Assembly (NCBI GenBank): GCA_043823745.1
Contig: JBDRAN010000032.1
Location: 1-63,096 of the forward strand
DNA: 63,096 nucleotides
Origin: Candidatus Omnitrophota bacterium
Lineage (GTDB): Bacteria; Omnitrophota; Gorgyraeia; Duberdicusellales; 4484-171
Direction: 5' to 3'
In this document: one piece after another, positions 8,578 to 18,091 of the stretch
How the letters are laid out: each line of letters starts with the position of its first letter
Position numbering within the stretch: position 1 is the stretch's first letter
Notes under the pieces: model-generated
What the model was told of the DNA's origin: nothing
What the model saw: only the letters and a program-made list of their open reading frames with translations
The model's database searches: none
Program-made: the position numbers and the translations under genes

Positions 8578-10361
8578 TTGATTATAAAAGCGTAATGTAA
8601 CCGTCCGCTGCGCAGACGATACAACTCCTGTTTTATGATGATGCTTTCTGCCTCCGCCCGCGCCATTTTGACAATCAGGGAATATCGAAAACTACCCCGT
8701 ATTTTATACGGCTGCCCCTTAAAGGGCCCGTACACGCAAAGCCGGTGCGCAACAAGTTTATTATATAAATCCTGTGCGGCATTGCAAAGTTTATTTTCAA
8801 GGCTTCCGCGTAGGATTATTTTTGCGATATGCGCCTGCGGAGGGAGCTTGAGCTGGGAGCGCAATGAGAATTCATGCTCATAAAATGTTTCCCATCCTTC
8901 ATTGATCGTGGAAAAGAGATAGTGTGTGGGGTTGCGTGTCCAAACGTAGAATGCCCGGCCGAAAAGGCGGGCAAGTTTTCTGATATACAGAAAGGCGTCA
9001 AAGGTTGCCTCATACTCGGGCCGTGCCATGGCGGCATCAATATCAAGAAGGATGCCGTTGTCAAACATTTTCGGCGCACCTGCGTCGCTTAGGATCTTAG
9101 AGGTAGCTACGATAATCTGGCTTTGGGCGTTTCTGGCATCCCATGTGGCAATGGCGACTCCAGGGAATTCACGTTCCAGGATCGTGCGAAGTCTTTCGAT
9201 CCCGATACCGATGCCTTTAAGGTAGCCGGTCTTACAACGAGGGCAGCGCTTCGGTAGCGTCTGGCGGCCGGCGCAGTAGGGACAGGTCCCGGTAAGCGCG
9301 TCAAGGTCCAAATGAAGAAAAACGGAACAGCGCGGACAGGTGATGGTGTGGCTGCATGCAGTGCAGGCGATGATGCGCGCAAAGCCTTTTTTATTTAAAA
9401 GAACAACGGTTTTCTGCGCGGCGCGCAGCGAAACCCGCAGGATTTCGGCGATAAGCGGATTTATGAGTCCGCGTTTTTTGTGTTCAGAGCTCCCCAGTAT
9501 TGTTATTTTTGGTTCATCCGGGGGGGTTCCCGAAACGATAATTTCCTTTTTCCTCATGAGAGCATAGGTTGCCAGCGAGGGATAGTCGGAGCTTACGATG
9601 AGGTTCGCGCGCACCGAGCGTGCGAGTATCCGGGCAACTTCAGGAAGATGATAGTAGGGTTTTTCCTCCTGAAAATAATGTGGGCTATTTTCCTCCTCCA
9701 CTACAAGGAGCCGCAAATCTTCCGGGTAATAAAAAATAGATACACGGGTACCCACAATAATGCTTCGGCTGCGTGATGCCTGCCATTGCGAGAAGATCAT
9801 GCGATCGGTCTGATAACTATGCATCGTGATGGCGCCGGGAAACTCACGCCGAATTATTTTTTCAGCCGCTTCGAGATAGCTGCGTTGGGGAAAAATAACC
9901 ATCGCTGAGCCGTCGGCAGTTGCCAGCCGCATTTTTTCTTTCCAAAGAGAAAATCTTTTCTCAAAAGCACCCCCCCATGTAAATACGGTTTCCTGGTCGC
10001 AAGAGGGTGCTGCAGGGTTAAGCGAAAGGGCCGTAGTCGTGCGGGAGCGTTTGAGGCTATGCGGAAGCATCATAAACAGGAATTCCGCGAGCGGATAGGG
10101 ATAGAGCGCGGATAGGCGTTGCGCAAAACGGATATGCGCTGCAGAGAGGAGGGGTTTTTCATCAAGCGATGCGATGATCGGTTTAATCCGAGGAATGTTT
10201 GATCGAGACGCTAGTCCGATAACGATCCCGATTGTTTTGCGTCCGCGAAAATCGATAAGGACACGCGTTCCTGTTTCAATTCGCATGCCGGGGCAAACGA
10301 GGTAATCAAATTCGCGTTCTAGCGCGATTGCAAGTATGACTTTGGCGATTGGCTGCTGCAT
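8574..10361 (-). CDS. priA: primosomal protein N' (PriA)-like, short, with degenerate helicase motifs
   Basis: 595 aa. The Cys-rich Zn region is retained (CTACSHTITCPRCSVFLHL...CPYCAGRQTLPKRCPRCK). The Walker A position reads GGAFEKRF and the DEEH position reads EEEN. Confidence 0.7.
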   Translation of the reverse strand: MQQPIAKVILAIALEREFDYLVCPGMRIETGTRVLIDFRGRKTIGIVIGLASRSNIPRIKPIIASLDEKPLLSAAHIRFAQRLSALYPYPLAEFLFMMLPHSLKRSRTTTALSLNPAAPSCDQETVFTWGGAFEKRFSLWKEKMRLATADGSAMVIFPQRSYLEAAEKIIRREFPGAITMHSYQTDRMIFSQWQASRSRSIIVGTRVSIFYYPEDLRLLVVEEENSPHYFQEEKPYYHLPEVARILARSVRANLIVSSDYPSLATYALMRKKEIIVSGTPPDEPKITILGSSEHKKRGLINPLIAEILRVSLRAAQKTVVLLNKKGFARIIACTACSHTITCPRCSVFLHLDLDALTGTCPYCAGRQTLPKRCPRCKTGYLKGIGIGIERLRTILEREFPGVAIATWDARNAQSQIIVATSKILSDAGAPKMFDNGILLDIDAAMARPEYEATFDAFLYIRKLARLFGRAFYVWTRNPTHYLFSTINEGWETFYEHEFSLRSQLKLPPQAHIAKIILRGSLENKLCNAAQDLYNKLVAHRLCVYGPFKGQPYKIRGSFRYSLIVKMARAEAESIIIKQELYRLRSGRLHYAFIIK

Positions 10362-10463
10362 GGTATTGTGTCGGCGTGTGGCATATCCATGATTATCTAA
10401 AAAAATATAGAGTGCAAGAGCTCAACGAGCTCGCTACTATTATAGCGGGTAGCAACAATTTTG

Positions 10464-11582
10464 TTATATAAATTTGGCGGTCGAAATGCGAGATGCCTCC
10501 GGCGGAAGGTGTTCGAAACGTTCAATAAGGCTTTTTAGAATATCGCGCACGTCAGCTACCCGTAACGGGTACGATTCGTCTCTATTTTTGACATCCTTAA
10601 AAAATCGAATAGCGCTGTCGAGCTCCCCGGCGCTGCGGGCGAAACTGCCGACCTTATAGCGGATTAACAAGTCCATGTTCTCTTCTTCTTGGCCCGGTAT
10701 AAAATGAGTGAAGACAAAGAATTTTTTCTTATAGAGGCCTTCAAAGATTGTCAGGCCCCCGGGTTTGGTCACGATAATGGAAGCCAGATCAAAAAGTTCC
10801 CAAATGCTCTCGGAAAACCCAATAAGACGCACGCTGGACAAATTAAGCTGTTGGATCCTGTTTTTAAGGTTATGGTTGTTTCCGTAGATAATAAAAATGT
10901 TAAAAGCGCCTGCAAGCTCAGGAATTATTTCTTCAAGATAGGGAAATTTTCCCCGCATAGACGAAATAAATAGAATGCATGGCTTGTTATCAAGGGAAAA
11001 CTTTTCGCGTAGGCGCGCGCTATCTTCGGATTTAAGGAAACCTTCTCGTAACGGTACGTATCCGTAGATTATTTTTTCGCTTGGTATCCCCAGGTTTATT
11101 AAGTCTTGCTTTGTTTCCGCGGTCGCAACGATATGATAGTCGACGGCCGGGTGTGCCCAGAGTGGATGAACACGCAGGTCGGTTACGATCGAGATGATCC
11201 TTAAATTAAGTTTTTGCTTCAGTTGCGCCAGGAATGGGAAGGGAAAAAAATGGGTGCTGACGATAACGTGAGGTTTTTCTTTCGTCAGAAACGAAAAAAA
11301 AGAAGAAAAGATTATCTTATGACCGATCGCAAGGATATGATCCAAAATTTTGCTGCGCGTAGTTACGAAAAAAAGCTGCCAGATCCAGGGAAGATGATCG
11401 GTAACGCCGGTATATCCAGAGATGTAGATGCGCCGGATAAACCTGGGGCAGAAATTTAAAAGGTCTTCGCACGGCGCGTTAAGATAGTCTTGGAGAGCGA
11501 GCGCCGCTTTTTTGTGTCCTTCACCGAAACTGGCGTGAATCAGCAACGTTTTCATTGGTGTGGGCGTATCGAAACAGGTCAA
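10464..11582 (-). CDS. MGDG-synthase/UgtP-like glycolipid glycosyltransferase (GT28 family)
   Basis: The N-terminal LLIHASFGEGHKKAALAL is typical of the MGDG_synth domain. The C-terminal part is GT-B-like (VTKPGGLTIFEG). Confidence 0.65.
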   Translation of the reverse strand: MTCFDTPTPMKTLLIHASFGEGHKKAALALQDYLNAPCEDLLNFCPRFIRRIYISGYTGVTDHLPWIWQLFFVTTRSKILDHILAIGHKIIFSSFFSFLTKEKPHVIVSTHFFPFPFLAQLKQKLNLRIISIVTDLRVHPLWAHPAVDYHIVATAETKQDLINLGIPSEKIIYGYVPLREGFLKSEDSARLREKFSLDNKPCILFISSMRGKFPYLEEIIPELAGAFNIFIIYGNNHNLKNRIQQLNLSSVRLIGFSESIWELFDLASIIVTKPGGLTIFEGLYKKKFFVFTHFIPGQEEENMDLLIRYKVGSFARSAGELDSAIRFFKDVKNRDESYPLRVADVRDILKSLIERFEHLPPEASRISTAKFI

Positions 11583-12172
11583 CCGTAATGGTTACAAAGG
11601 TAATGCGCGGCAACAAGGAGATTGTCGAATATGAAATCAGGCTCAAATTTCCAGTTGCTGCGGTTTGAGATTCTTTCCTTTCCGGAAAGCACAAGTACCG
11701 GTTTCGCGCCAAAGGATTGTGCCGCTTCCATATCCATGAAAGAGTCACCGATAAAAAATGACATTTCAGCTTTTATGGTATGTTCCCGCAGTGCCGCCTC
11801 AAGCATACCCGGTTTTGGTTTGTGACAGGAACAGTTCTCATCGGAACGATGGATGCAATAATAAACACCGTCGAGATGCGCGCCTTCCCGCGTAAGCTTA
11901 CGCATCATGCGGGAAGTCATCGTATCAAGCGTTTCTTGAGTATACAGGCCTTTATTAACTCCCCCCTGGTTTGAAATTACAAAAAGCTTAAATCCTTTTG
12001 CGTTGAGCTTGCGTATTCCCTCGATGCTTCCCGGGATAAATTTAAACTCCTTCCAGCTTTTTACGTACCCGCCGTCGCCCGGGTACGCATTAATAACGCC
12101 GTCGCGGTCAAGAAAAATTACCTTCATGATGTCGTTGGTCATTTTGTGGCGTCTCGAGTGATCACGCGGCAC
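11579..12172 (-). CDS. gmhB: D,D-heptose 1,7-bisphosphate phosphatase / HAD-IIIA phosphatase
   Basis: FLDRDGVIN (HAD motif I), the Zn-binding pattern CIHRSDENCSCHKPKPGM, and GDSFMD. Confidence 0.75.
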   Translation of the reverse strand: MPRDHSRRHKMTNDIMKVIFLDRDGVINAYPGDGGYVKSWKEFKFIPGSIEGIRKLNAKGFKLFVISNQGGVNKGLYTQETLDTMTSRMMRKLTREGAHLDGVYYCIHRSDENCSCHKPKPGMLEAALREHTIKAEMSFFIGDSFMDMEAAQSFGAKPVLVLSGKERISNRSNWKFEPDFIFDNLLVAAHYLCNHYG

Positions 12173-12235
12173 CCGTATCGCCGCGCTCTAAGGTTTTATC
12201 GTAACATTTTTTATTTTTTCTTCAAGGAAATTCTA

Positions 12236-13492
12236 TCATTTTTCGAGGACGGCAAAAATCTTCGAGTTCGTGACGCGCGCAATGCGTACGGGAGTTATTG
12301 CGCCAAGAGGAATTTTGTCCTGCACGCACACTTTAAGATAGTTTTCGGTATATCCGCACGTTTCGTGGTTGCGGAACTCTTCCGTAACGATATGGAGTTT
12401 TTTACCAATACATTGTAATGCGTATTCGTGCGCAAAGTAGCGCCCAAGAGACGTTAGAACACGTGAACGTGCTTTCAAAATTTTTTGGTTTGGCACCGGG
12501 ATATTCCACAGCGGGGTTTTTTCTCGGGGCGAAAACGCAAATACGTGCGTTCTCATGGGCTTTATTCGTTTAAGAAAATCAACCGTATTCTTGAATGCAG
12601 TTTCAGTTTCGTTCGGAAATCCGACCATAATATCGCAACTAACCGCGCCGTGAGGGTGCTTGGCTCGAAACGCGTCAACAACTGCTTCGTAATGGGCAAC
12701 CGTGTCTTTTTTATTCATGGCGGATAACACCGTATCGTCTCCCGATTGGAATGGAAGGTGGATGTGGGGGCATAGCGCTTGATGCTGAAAGCACCGGAGT
12801 AATTCTTTAGAGATTGACCGTGGCTCAAGGGAACTGATGCGTAAACGCCCCAGGCTCGGGAGCGCGAGGAGCCTCTTTACAAGCACCGCAAGGCTCATGG
12901 GTGGCGTTAGATCACGGCCATAGAGGCCGAGATTGATACCGCACAAAACAATTTCGGGATGATGCGTGCTGAGGCGTTTTGCTTCCCGGAGCGTGTCTTT
13001 AAACGTTCGGCTTTGTGATACGCCTCGGATATGGGGTATTTTGCAAAATGCGCACGCATTACTGCACCCATCTTGAATTTTCAAAAACGCCCGGATATTA
13101 TGAAAGCGATCTATAGTGAGGGACCAGATATTACGTGCTTTTTGGCGCGATTGCGCAATTGGATTTTTTACACCCGTGACGATATCAGCGAGCAAATGTT
13201 TTTTTTCCTGAGGAATAACAAAATCAACTCCCAATTTTTTAATGGCCCCCCCGTTTAGCTGCGTAAGACATCCGCATACTGCAATGAGCGCATTTTGATT
13301 CTGTCGTTTGGCGCGTAGTATCGCTTCGCGTGATTTAGCGTCAGCACGCGTGGTAACCGTGCAGGTATTAATAATACAGAGGTCAGCAATCTCACTCGTT
13401 TCTTCCCATCCGCGCAGCCTGAATTGTTCAGCAATAGCGCGGCCCTCATATTGGTTGACTTTGCAACCGAGGCTGATCATTTTTAGCTTCAT
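12236..13492 (-). CDS. mtaB: radical SAM tRNA methylthiotransferase (MtaB/MiaB family)
   Basis: The N-terminal ISLGCKVNQYEG matches UPF0004. The radical SAM motif is CSNACAFC, and a TRAM-like C-terminus is present. Confidence 0.8.
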   Translation of the reverse strand: MKLKMISLGCKVNQYEGRAIAEQFRLRGWEETSEIADLCIINTCTVTTRADAKSREAILRAKRQNQNALIAVCGCLTQLNGGAIKKLGVDFVIPQEKKHLLADIVTGVKNPIAQSRQKARNIWSLTIDRFHNIRAFLKIQDGCSNACAFCKIPHIRGVSQSRTFKDTLREAKRLSTHHPEIVLCGINLGLYGRDLTPPMSLAVLVKRLLALPSLGRLRISSLEPRSISKELLRCFQHQALCPHIHLPFQSGDDTVLSAMNKKDTVAHYEAVVDAFRAKHPHGAVSCDIMVGFPNETETAFKNTVDFLKRIKPMRTHVFAFSPREKTPLWNIPVPNQKILKARSRVLTSLGRYFAHEYALQCIGKKLHIVTEEFRNHETCGYTENYLKVCVQDKIPLGAITPVRIARVTNSKIFAVLEK

Positions 13493-13524
13493 AGTTTAAA
13501 ATTCTTACGTAGAAATCGATATGG

Positions 13525-14244
13525 TTAGTTGAAGCTTGTGTGATAGTGTACCAGGCCCATGAGGGCAACACTTGCGGTTTCTGCTCGCAGGACGTTTTTT
13601 GAAAGGCTTACGGGAAAAAAATCATTGGCAGCTATTAATTTTTCCTCCTCCGGAGAGAAATCGCCTTCCGGCCCGCTTACCAGAAGTATCTGCTTTGCTT
13701 TTTTGTTTCGCAGGTTCTCAGGAAGCGGCTTACCTTTTTGTGCGGCGACTATTTTAAGGTCATACTGCTGCGTTATGATTTCTTCAATTCGGCACAGTGG
13801 AGCTACCCGTGGAAGCCAGAGACGCTCTGATTGCCGTGTCGCCTCGATAACTATTTTATGCCAACGTGACAATCTCGTTGTAGAGGGTGTCGCTTGAATG
13901 CTTCGGGAAGAAATAAAGGGGCTTAACACACCAGCCCCTAACTCCGTTCCTTTTTGCAGGATGACATCAATTTTATCTTCCTTAAGCATGGGAAATGCGA
14001 GTGTTATCACGCAGCAAGGCTTAGCGGCTTCTTGCGACTTTTCGCGACGTTCGAGAAGAAGCGATTTTTTATCCATCGAAATGACTTTACAGGAAAATTC
14101 GATCCCTTTTCCGTCAAAGGCATGCACGGTTTCTTTTTTTTTAAGACGCAGCACGTCACGCACTTTATGCAACAGTTCAGGTTCTCTGATATCCATCGTG
14201 TCGCATTGAGTAATGTGAGGGATGTATAGGCGTATTCGAGACAT
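13525..14244 (-). CDS. rsmE: 16S rRNA (uracil1498-N3)-methyltransferase
   Basis: 239 aa. Has the GPEGDFSPEE motif and a PUA-like N-terminus. Confidence 0.8.
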   Translation of the reverse strand: MSRIRLYIPHITQCDTMDIREPELLHKVRDVLRLKKKETVHAFDGKGIEFSCKVISMDKKSLLLERREKSQEAAKPCCVITLAFPMLKEDKIDVILQKGTELGAGVLSPFISSRSIQATPSTTRLSRWHKIVIEATRQSERLWLPRVAPLCRIEEIITQQYDLKIVAAQKGKPLPENLRNKKAKQILLVSGPEGDFSPEEEKLIAANDFFPVSLSKNVLRAETASVALMGLVHYHTSFN

Positions 14245-14249
14245 AGCTT

Positions 14250-15734
14250 TTATTGAGCGATTTCATTAAAAACGATCGCGGAGAATTTATATAGTATCGC
14301 GTCTCCGTCTTTATACGCATCAGGAGGCAATCCTGCCTTGAGACACGTTTGTTCAAGGAATGTTATCTTATCCCAGCCGTATTCGCCGGGAACCTGCGGC
14401 AGGAGAAGTCCCGAGGAAAATCCTTTTTTGATTATGAGGCCGTGTTTGCCGACCTCTATTTCATCAAGACTACTAATCTTTTCAAAGGGGGTAAGCACTG
14501 AGATTTCAATATGTATATCATTCAGTTCGTCAAAACGTACCGGAGCAAATCTTGGGTCGCCGGTCGCAGCCTCGATTGCCATTTGAGAAACTACCGTATA
14601 GAGAGCAGTATCTCCCACGATCCTTCCGATGCACCCGCGAAGTTTACCGTTTTTGGTAAGCGTTACGAAAGCGCCACGCTTTTGAGAAAGATTGTCTGAA
14701 AGTGGCGCAACATTCGGTATTGTTTTGTTTTTAAGGTAGGTTTGGAGTGTTGAGCGCGCAATGCGCAATAAAATCTTTTTTTCATCGGGGGTTATGGTGT
14801 ATGGCTGCATAACTTCCTCCTCGGGCTTCGGACCCGTGTTTTGAGCACTTAATGTTGTAGCATTTCCTGGAAGAAAGGCAACGGCGCTGGCATAACCGAC
14901 AACGCGATTTTTATCTCCCGCCGTATCTCCCGAATTTGCGTAGTGGATTATAGCAATATTCGCCTTGCGTATTCTTGCGTATTGTATGAACGCGGCCAGC
15001 GCCGCATTTCCGCAGGCACGATAGTCTTCCTTGCGTAAGGCTGTTTCGTTCATATCGCGCAAGAATTGAAGTGTTTTCGCATCGGTTGCGTGGGCATCGA
15101 GATACGGCAAATAATGAGAAAGGTCGCTTGAAACAACCAGGAGCAGCTTTTTTTGTGATGCTATCTCAGCAAGTCTTTGGGCAAACGACTCGATTTGTTT
15201 ATCGGTTATAGTTCCGAAAAGAATGGGCACAATGGTTGGGTTTCCCAGTGCTTTAATGATAAAAGGGAGCTGCACTTCAAGCGTATGTTCATGGGTAAAG
15301 TATTGCGGTTGAAAAGAAACAAAGTTCAGGGATTGGAATTGCCCGGCGATATTCGCATTGACTAAAAGCGTTCCTAAGGGTGTTTGGAAGCCACCGCGTG
15401 GATATATCGTGATACCGGAGAACGGATAGCGATGGGTTGCTCCCAGGAGCACAACCGCGTCAATCTCGCTGTTTTTATCCAGTAGCTTATAGCTATGTGC
15501 AGCGACCGGGCCGGAGTAGGTAAAGCCCGCATGCGGAACAACAACGCCGATGATTTCCCCCGGTGGCGTTTGTACCCGCGCCGCAGCAAGGTATGTATCA
15601 AGCATGATACCCAGCGCCGCCGGATCATCGGGATAAAACGAGCCGCAAAATTCGCATTTCTTTATTTCTTGTGCCTGGGCGCCAGACATCAGTGTTAGCG
15701 CAAGCCCGAGAAGAACGATACGCACATAACCCAT
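14250..15734 (-). CDS. fusion of Memo-like (AmmeMemoRadiSam protein B) and AMMECR1 (protein A) domains, preceded by a signal peptide
   Basis: The N-terminus is MGYVRIVLLGLALTLMSGAQA|QE. The Memo signature is GSFYPDDP...VVPHAGFTYSG. The AMMECR1 signature is RGAFVTLTKNGKLRGCIG...GLLLPQV. Confidence 0.8.
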   Translation of the reverse strand: MGYVRIVLLGLALTLMSGAQAQEIKKCEFCGSFYPDDPAALGIMLDTYLAAARVQTPPGEIIGVVVPHAGFTYSGPVAAHSYKLLDKNSEIDAVVLLGATHRYPFSGITIYPRGGFQTPLGTLLVNANIAGQFQSLNFVSFQPQYFTHEHTLEVQLPFIIKALGNPTIVPILFGTITDKQIESFAQRLAEIASQKKLLLVVSSDLSHYLPYLDAHATDAKTLQFLRDMNETALRKEDYRACGNAALAAFIQYARIRKANIAIIHYANSGDTAGDKNRVVGYASAVAFLPGNATTLSAQNTGPKPEEEVMQPYTITPDEKKILLRIARSTLQTYLKNKTIPNVAPLSDNLSQKRGAFVTLTKNGKLRGCIGRIVGDTALYTVVSQMAIEAATGDPRFAPVRFDELNDIHIEISVLTPFEKISSLDEIEVGKHGLIIKKGFSSGLLLPQVPGEYGWDKITFLEQTCLKAGLPPDAYKDGDAILYKFSAIVFNEIAQ

Positions 15735-15818
15735 AGTATGGTTTGATTCGAATTAATCCGCTGTTTGCGCCTGTTTATGTCTGCAGAGGGTGGCGCTCGA
15801 GTTTTCGAACGTAAAACG

Positions 15819-15891
15819 TGGACCGGAGCGGATTCGAACCGCCGACCTCCTCGTTGCGAACGAGGCGTTCTCCCAGCTGAACTACCGGCCC
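15819..15891 (-). tRNA. tRNA-Ala (anticodon CGC), CCA not encoded
   Basis: The reverse complement GGGCCGGTAGTTCAGCTGGGAGAACGCCTCGTTCGCAACGAGGAGGTCGGCGGTTCGAATCCGCTCCGGTCCA folds as a cloverleaf. It has a G3:U70 pair and the anticodon loop TTCGCAA. Confidence 0.93.
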
Positions 15892-16209
15892 AAAGGTACC
15901 TATGCTCATATCGATGTCAACGCCAACCCTCTGTGTCTAATGGCGCGTTAATAAGATTTACTTAATTTTTGAAGGATTGTAACAGACAGAAGTCACGGAT
16001 ATGTTTCATGTAATGCCAAATCCATTACTTCATAAACCATTTCAGATGCACACGCGATTCCCTACTGCTTTGGTGCTTGGCTTTATTGGGCCCCAGACAC
16101 GAACTACTATGGGTATGTGCCTGAAAGTTAACAATCCCTACTAATCAATTATTTTGACAGAGAAACGATCTTCTGTCAAGGTGGAGGGGGGTCGTAAAGC
16201 AGGGTGTGG

Positions 16210-16533
16210 CTAATACGGGACGGTAACGTTTACGGTGTAGTCAGAAGGTGCCCCGGCCGGCGCGGCTGAGACAGTAACATTAACAATGGTTCCTCCAATG
16301 CCTAAGTTTTGCTCGCTTATGAGGACAAGCTGCGCAGGAGCGACACCCTCCAGTCGCAGCCGTTCGAGGGCACGAACAATGGCTCCTTGCGCAGCAAAGG
16401 TTGCCCGCATGCGACGGATTTTATGTTCAGCGACTCTTGCTTCATTGGTCATGATCAGGATTGCAGCAAATGCAAGTAAGGCAATAATAATCGAAACTCC
16501 GATAACAACCACCAAAACCACCGCTTTTTTCAT
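16210..16533 (-). CDS. small membrane-anchored protein with a PilX_N-like N-terminus
   Basis: 107 aa. It has an N-terminal TM helix followed by NEARVAEHKIRRMRATFAAQGAIVRALERL, which resembles the minor pilin PilX N-domain pattern. No other pilus genes are nearby. Confidence 0.45.
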   Translation of the reverse strand: MKKAVVLVVVIGVSIIIALLAFAAILIMTNEARVAEHKIRRMRATFAAQGAIVRALERLRLEGVAPAQLVLISEQNLGIGGTIVNVTVSAAPAGAPSDYTVNVTVPY

Positions 16534-16548
16534 GAGTACCTCACTTCT

Positions 16549-16746
16549 TTAACGCAAGCTAATAATATAATCGTTATGTTCGAACCGCGCCAGCACGTGA
16601 CCCTCGCGGGCAAGCCATCCAAGGCTCATCAGAATGAGTTCTTTTGGTTTCTCGATTCCCGCCGAAAGTTTCGTAAGCGTCACGGCACCATGAGTATCAA
16701 GAAAATGCCAAATTTCACCCGCTACTATCCCTATCTCGGTTACCAT
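16549..16746 (-). CDS. small winged-helix protein (DUF2582-like)
   Basis: 65 aa. IVAGEIWHFLDTHGAVTLTKLSAGIEKPKELILMSLGWLAREGHV matches the small wHTH family pattern. Confidence 0.6.
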   Translation of the reverse strand: MVTEIGIVAGEIWHFLDTHGAVTLTKLSAGIEKPKELILMSLGWLAREGHVLARFEHNDYIISLR

Positions 16747-16963
16747 GATCTTCGTTTATGCCTCCACACAACAAACATCGCCAATATTTAGACGTTGTGT
16801 AAAAAAAATAAACCGATGCGCATACATCACATGTTTTTTTCTCGCGTGTTATTTTTTTTGACGCTCTGCCCACGGCGCGATTGTGCATTAGCTCAAGCAG
16901 TATCGCGAGAAACAACACGGCGCTTAATCCGCATCCAATGAACAAAGAACCATCAATACTCAC
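16715..16963 (-). CDS. small membrane protein with a C-terminal zinc ribbon
   Basis: 82 aa with one TM helix and CDVC-x14-CLLC. The start lies 1 nt after the TonB-like stop. The 3' end overlaps the next ORF by 32 nt. Confidence 0.4.
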   Translation of the reverse strand: MSIDGSLFIGCGLSAVLFLAILLELMHNRAVGRASKKITREKKTCDVCASVYFFYTTSKYWRCLLCGGINEDHGNRDRDSSG

Positions 16964-16964
16964 T

Positions 16965-17564
16965 TTATTCTACTACCCCCTCAAGTTTTGTCCAGAAAAA
17001 TTTATCTTCAAAAAAAAGAGATGCTTCCGTAACGTATTTTTGAAGAGCGATATTCCTCTCGTTGTCGCCCAAAAGTTTTTCGGGGAACACAATAAGTGCT
17101 TTTCCCTGCGGGGAAACAAACGCCCGGTAGATAACGGTGGTTTTATCATCCGGAAAGAATTGCGCTGGCTGGTTCCAGAGATAGTAATATTGGTTTTGAG
17201 AACGAATGGGATGGTTATCCGTAATTGCATTAGCGAGGCGCGAAACCGGATAAAACGTATATGGTTCTTTTTCTTTTATTCGGTATCGATAGTCGCTGGC
17301 TCCGATGGCTGGAAAATAGGATGTTTCGTGATGCGTAATAAAGAGTTGGGGATCGATATGTTGATTATATTTAGATGACTGCATGGCTATATCGTTTGTA
17401 GTCAGGATGCCGGGCCATACAAAAAGAACAGGATTTTGCTTTCGTGAGCTGGATAGCCTGACTGAAGAAACAATGATTCCATGAATGGCAAGGGAAAGTA
17501 TAAGAGCGCACCAGGGTGCGAGGCGGTGGGTCGTAGAATTTGAGATCGTAAGATATTTGAACAT
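16965..17564 (-). CDS. TonB/TolA-like energy transducer (divergent, no Pro-rich spacer)
   Basis: The TM helix has an S-x3-H pattern (LILSLAIHGIIV). The C-terminus is TonB_C-like (YRAFVSPQGKALIVF...NIALQKYV). It sits directly downstream of exbB-exbD. Confidence 0.5.
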   Translation of the reverse strand: MFKYLTISNSTTHRLAPWCALILSLAIHGIIVSSVRLSSSRKQNPVLFVWPGILTTNDIAMQSSKYNQHIDPQLFITHHETSYFPAIGASDYRYRIKEKEPYTFYPVSRLANAITDNHPIRSQNQYYYLWNQPAQFFPDDKTTVIYRAFVSPQGKALIVFPEKLLGDNERNIALQKYVTEASLFFEDKFFWTKLEGVVE

Positions 17565-17584
17565 ACGTACAATCTCCGCGGTTT

Positions 17585-17983
17585 CTAGGTCACCTCCGCC
17601 GTAGCTACACCAATTGTTTCAATGCCTGATTGCTTGCAAAGCTCCCACAGGCGCGTCACCGATCCAAGATTTGCGCCAGGATCTGCCTTCACGAGAATGG
17701 ATCGATATTTTTCAGTTGCAAGGATATTTTCTATTTCGCGGAGGGTTACCGTTTTTCCGTTTATCGAGAAGTTGTTCGTTCGGGAAACGGTGATCGTTAA
17801 CGTTCGGGCGGATACTGTTTCTGAGGTTACGACTCCGGGAACCAGCACATTGATACCCGCGGTTGTGTTGAAACGCGATGCAAGGATAAAAAAAATAAGT
17901 AGCAGAAAAACAATATTAATCAGCGGTACGCTATCAATGAGGTGTGGGCTCGATGTCCCCCTCAACGTTCTTTGAAAGCGCAT
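17585..17983 (-). CDS. exbD: biopolymer transport protein ExbD/TolR
   Basis: 132 aa. The N-terminal TM is PLINIVFLLLIFFIL and a periplasmic domain follows. Confidence 0.85.
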   Translation of the reverse strand: MRFQRTLRGTSSPHLIDSVPLINIVFLLLIFFILASRFNTTAGINVLVPGVVTSETVSARTLTITVSRTNNFSINGKTVTLREIENILATEKYRSILVKADPGANLGSVTRLWELCKQSGIETIGVATAEVT

Positions 17984-18091
17984 ATGATTCTCCTTGTGTG
18001 CGTTCGCGGCGTCAACACCCCGACCATTGAAATCACCCTTTATTGCCTGTCAGGCCATTGCCGATAACCCGCAGCTTTACGGAAGAAGGCC

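Noticed and set aside
15893-15920. Perfect TTGACA box 24 nt upstream of tRNA-Ala as its promoter
   Set aside because: With the only usable -10 (TACCTT at 15898-15893, 16-nt spacer), transcription would start inside the mature tRNA. The geometry does not work, so the tRNA is more likely processed from a longer upstream transcript.
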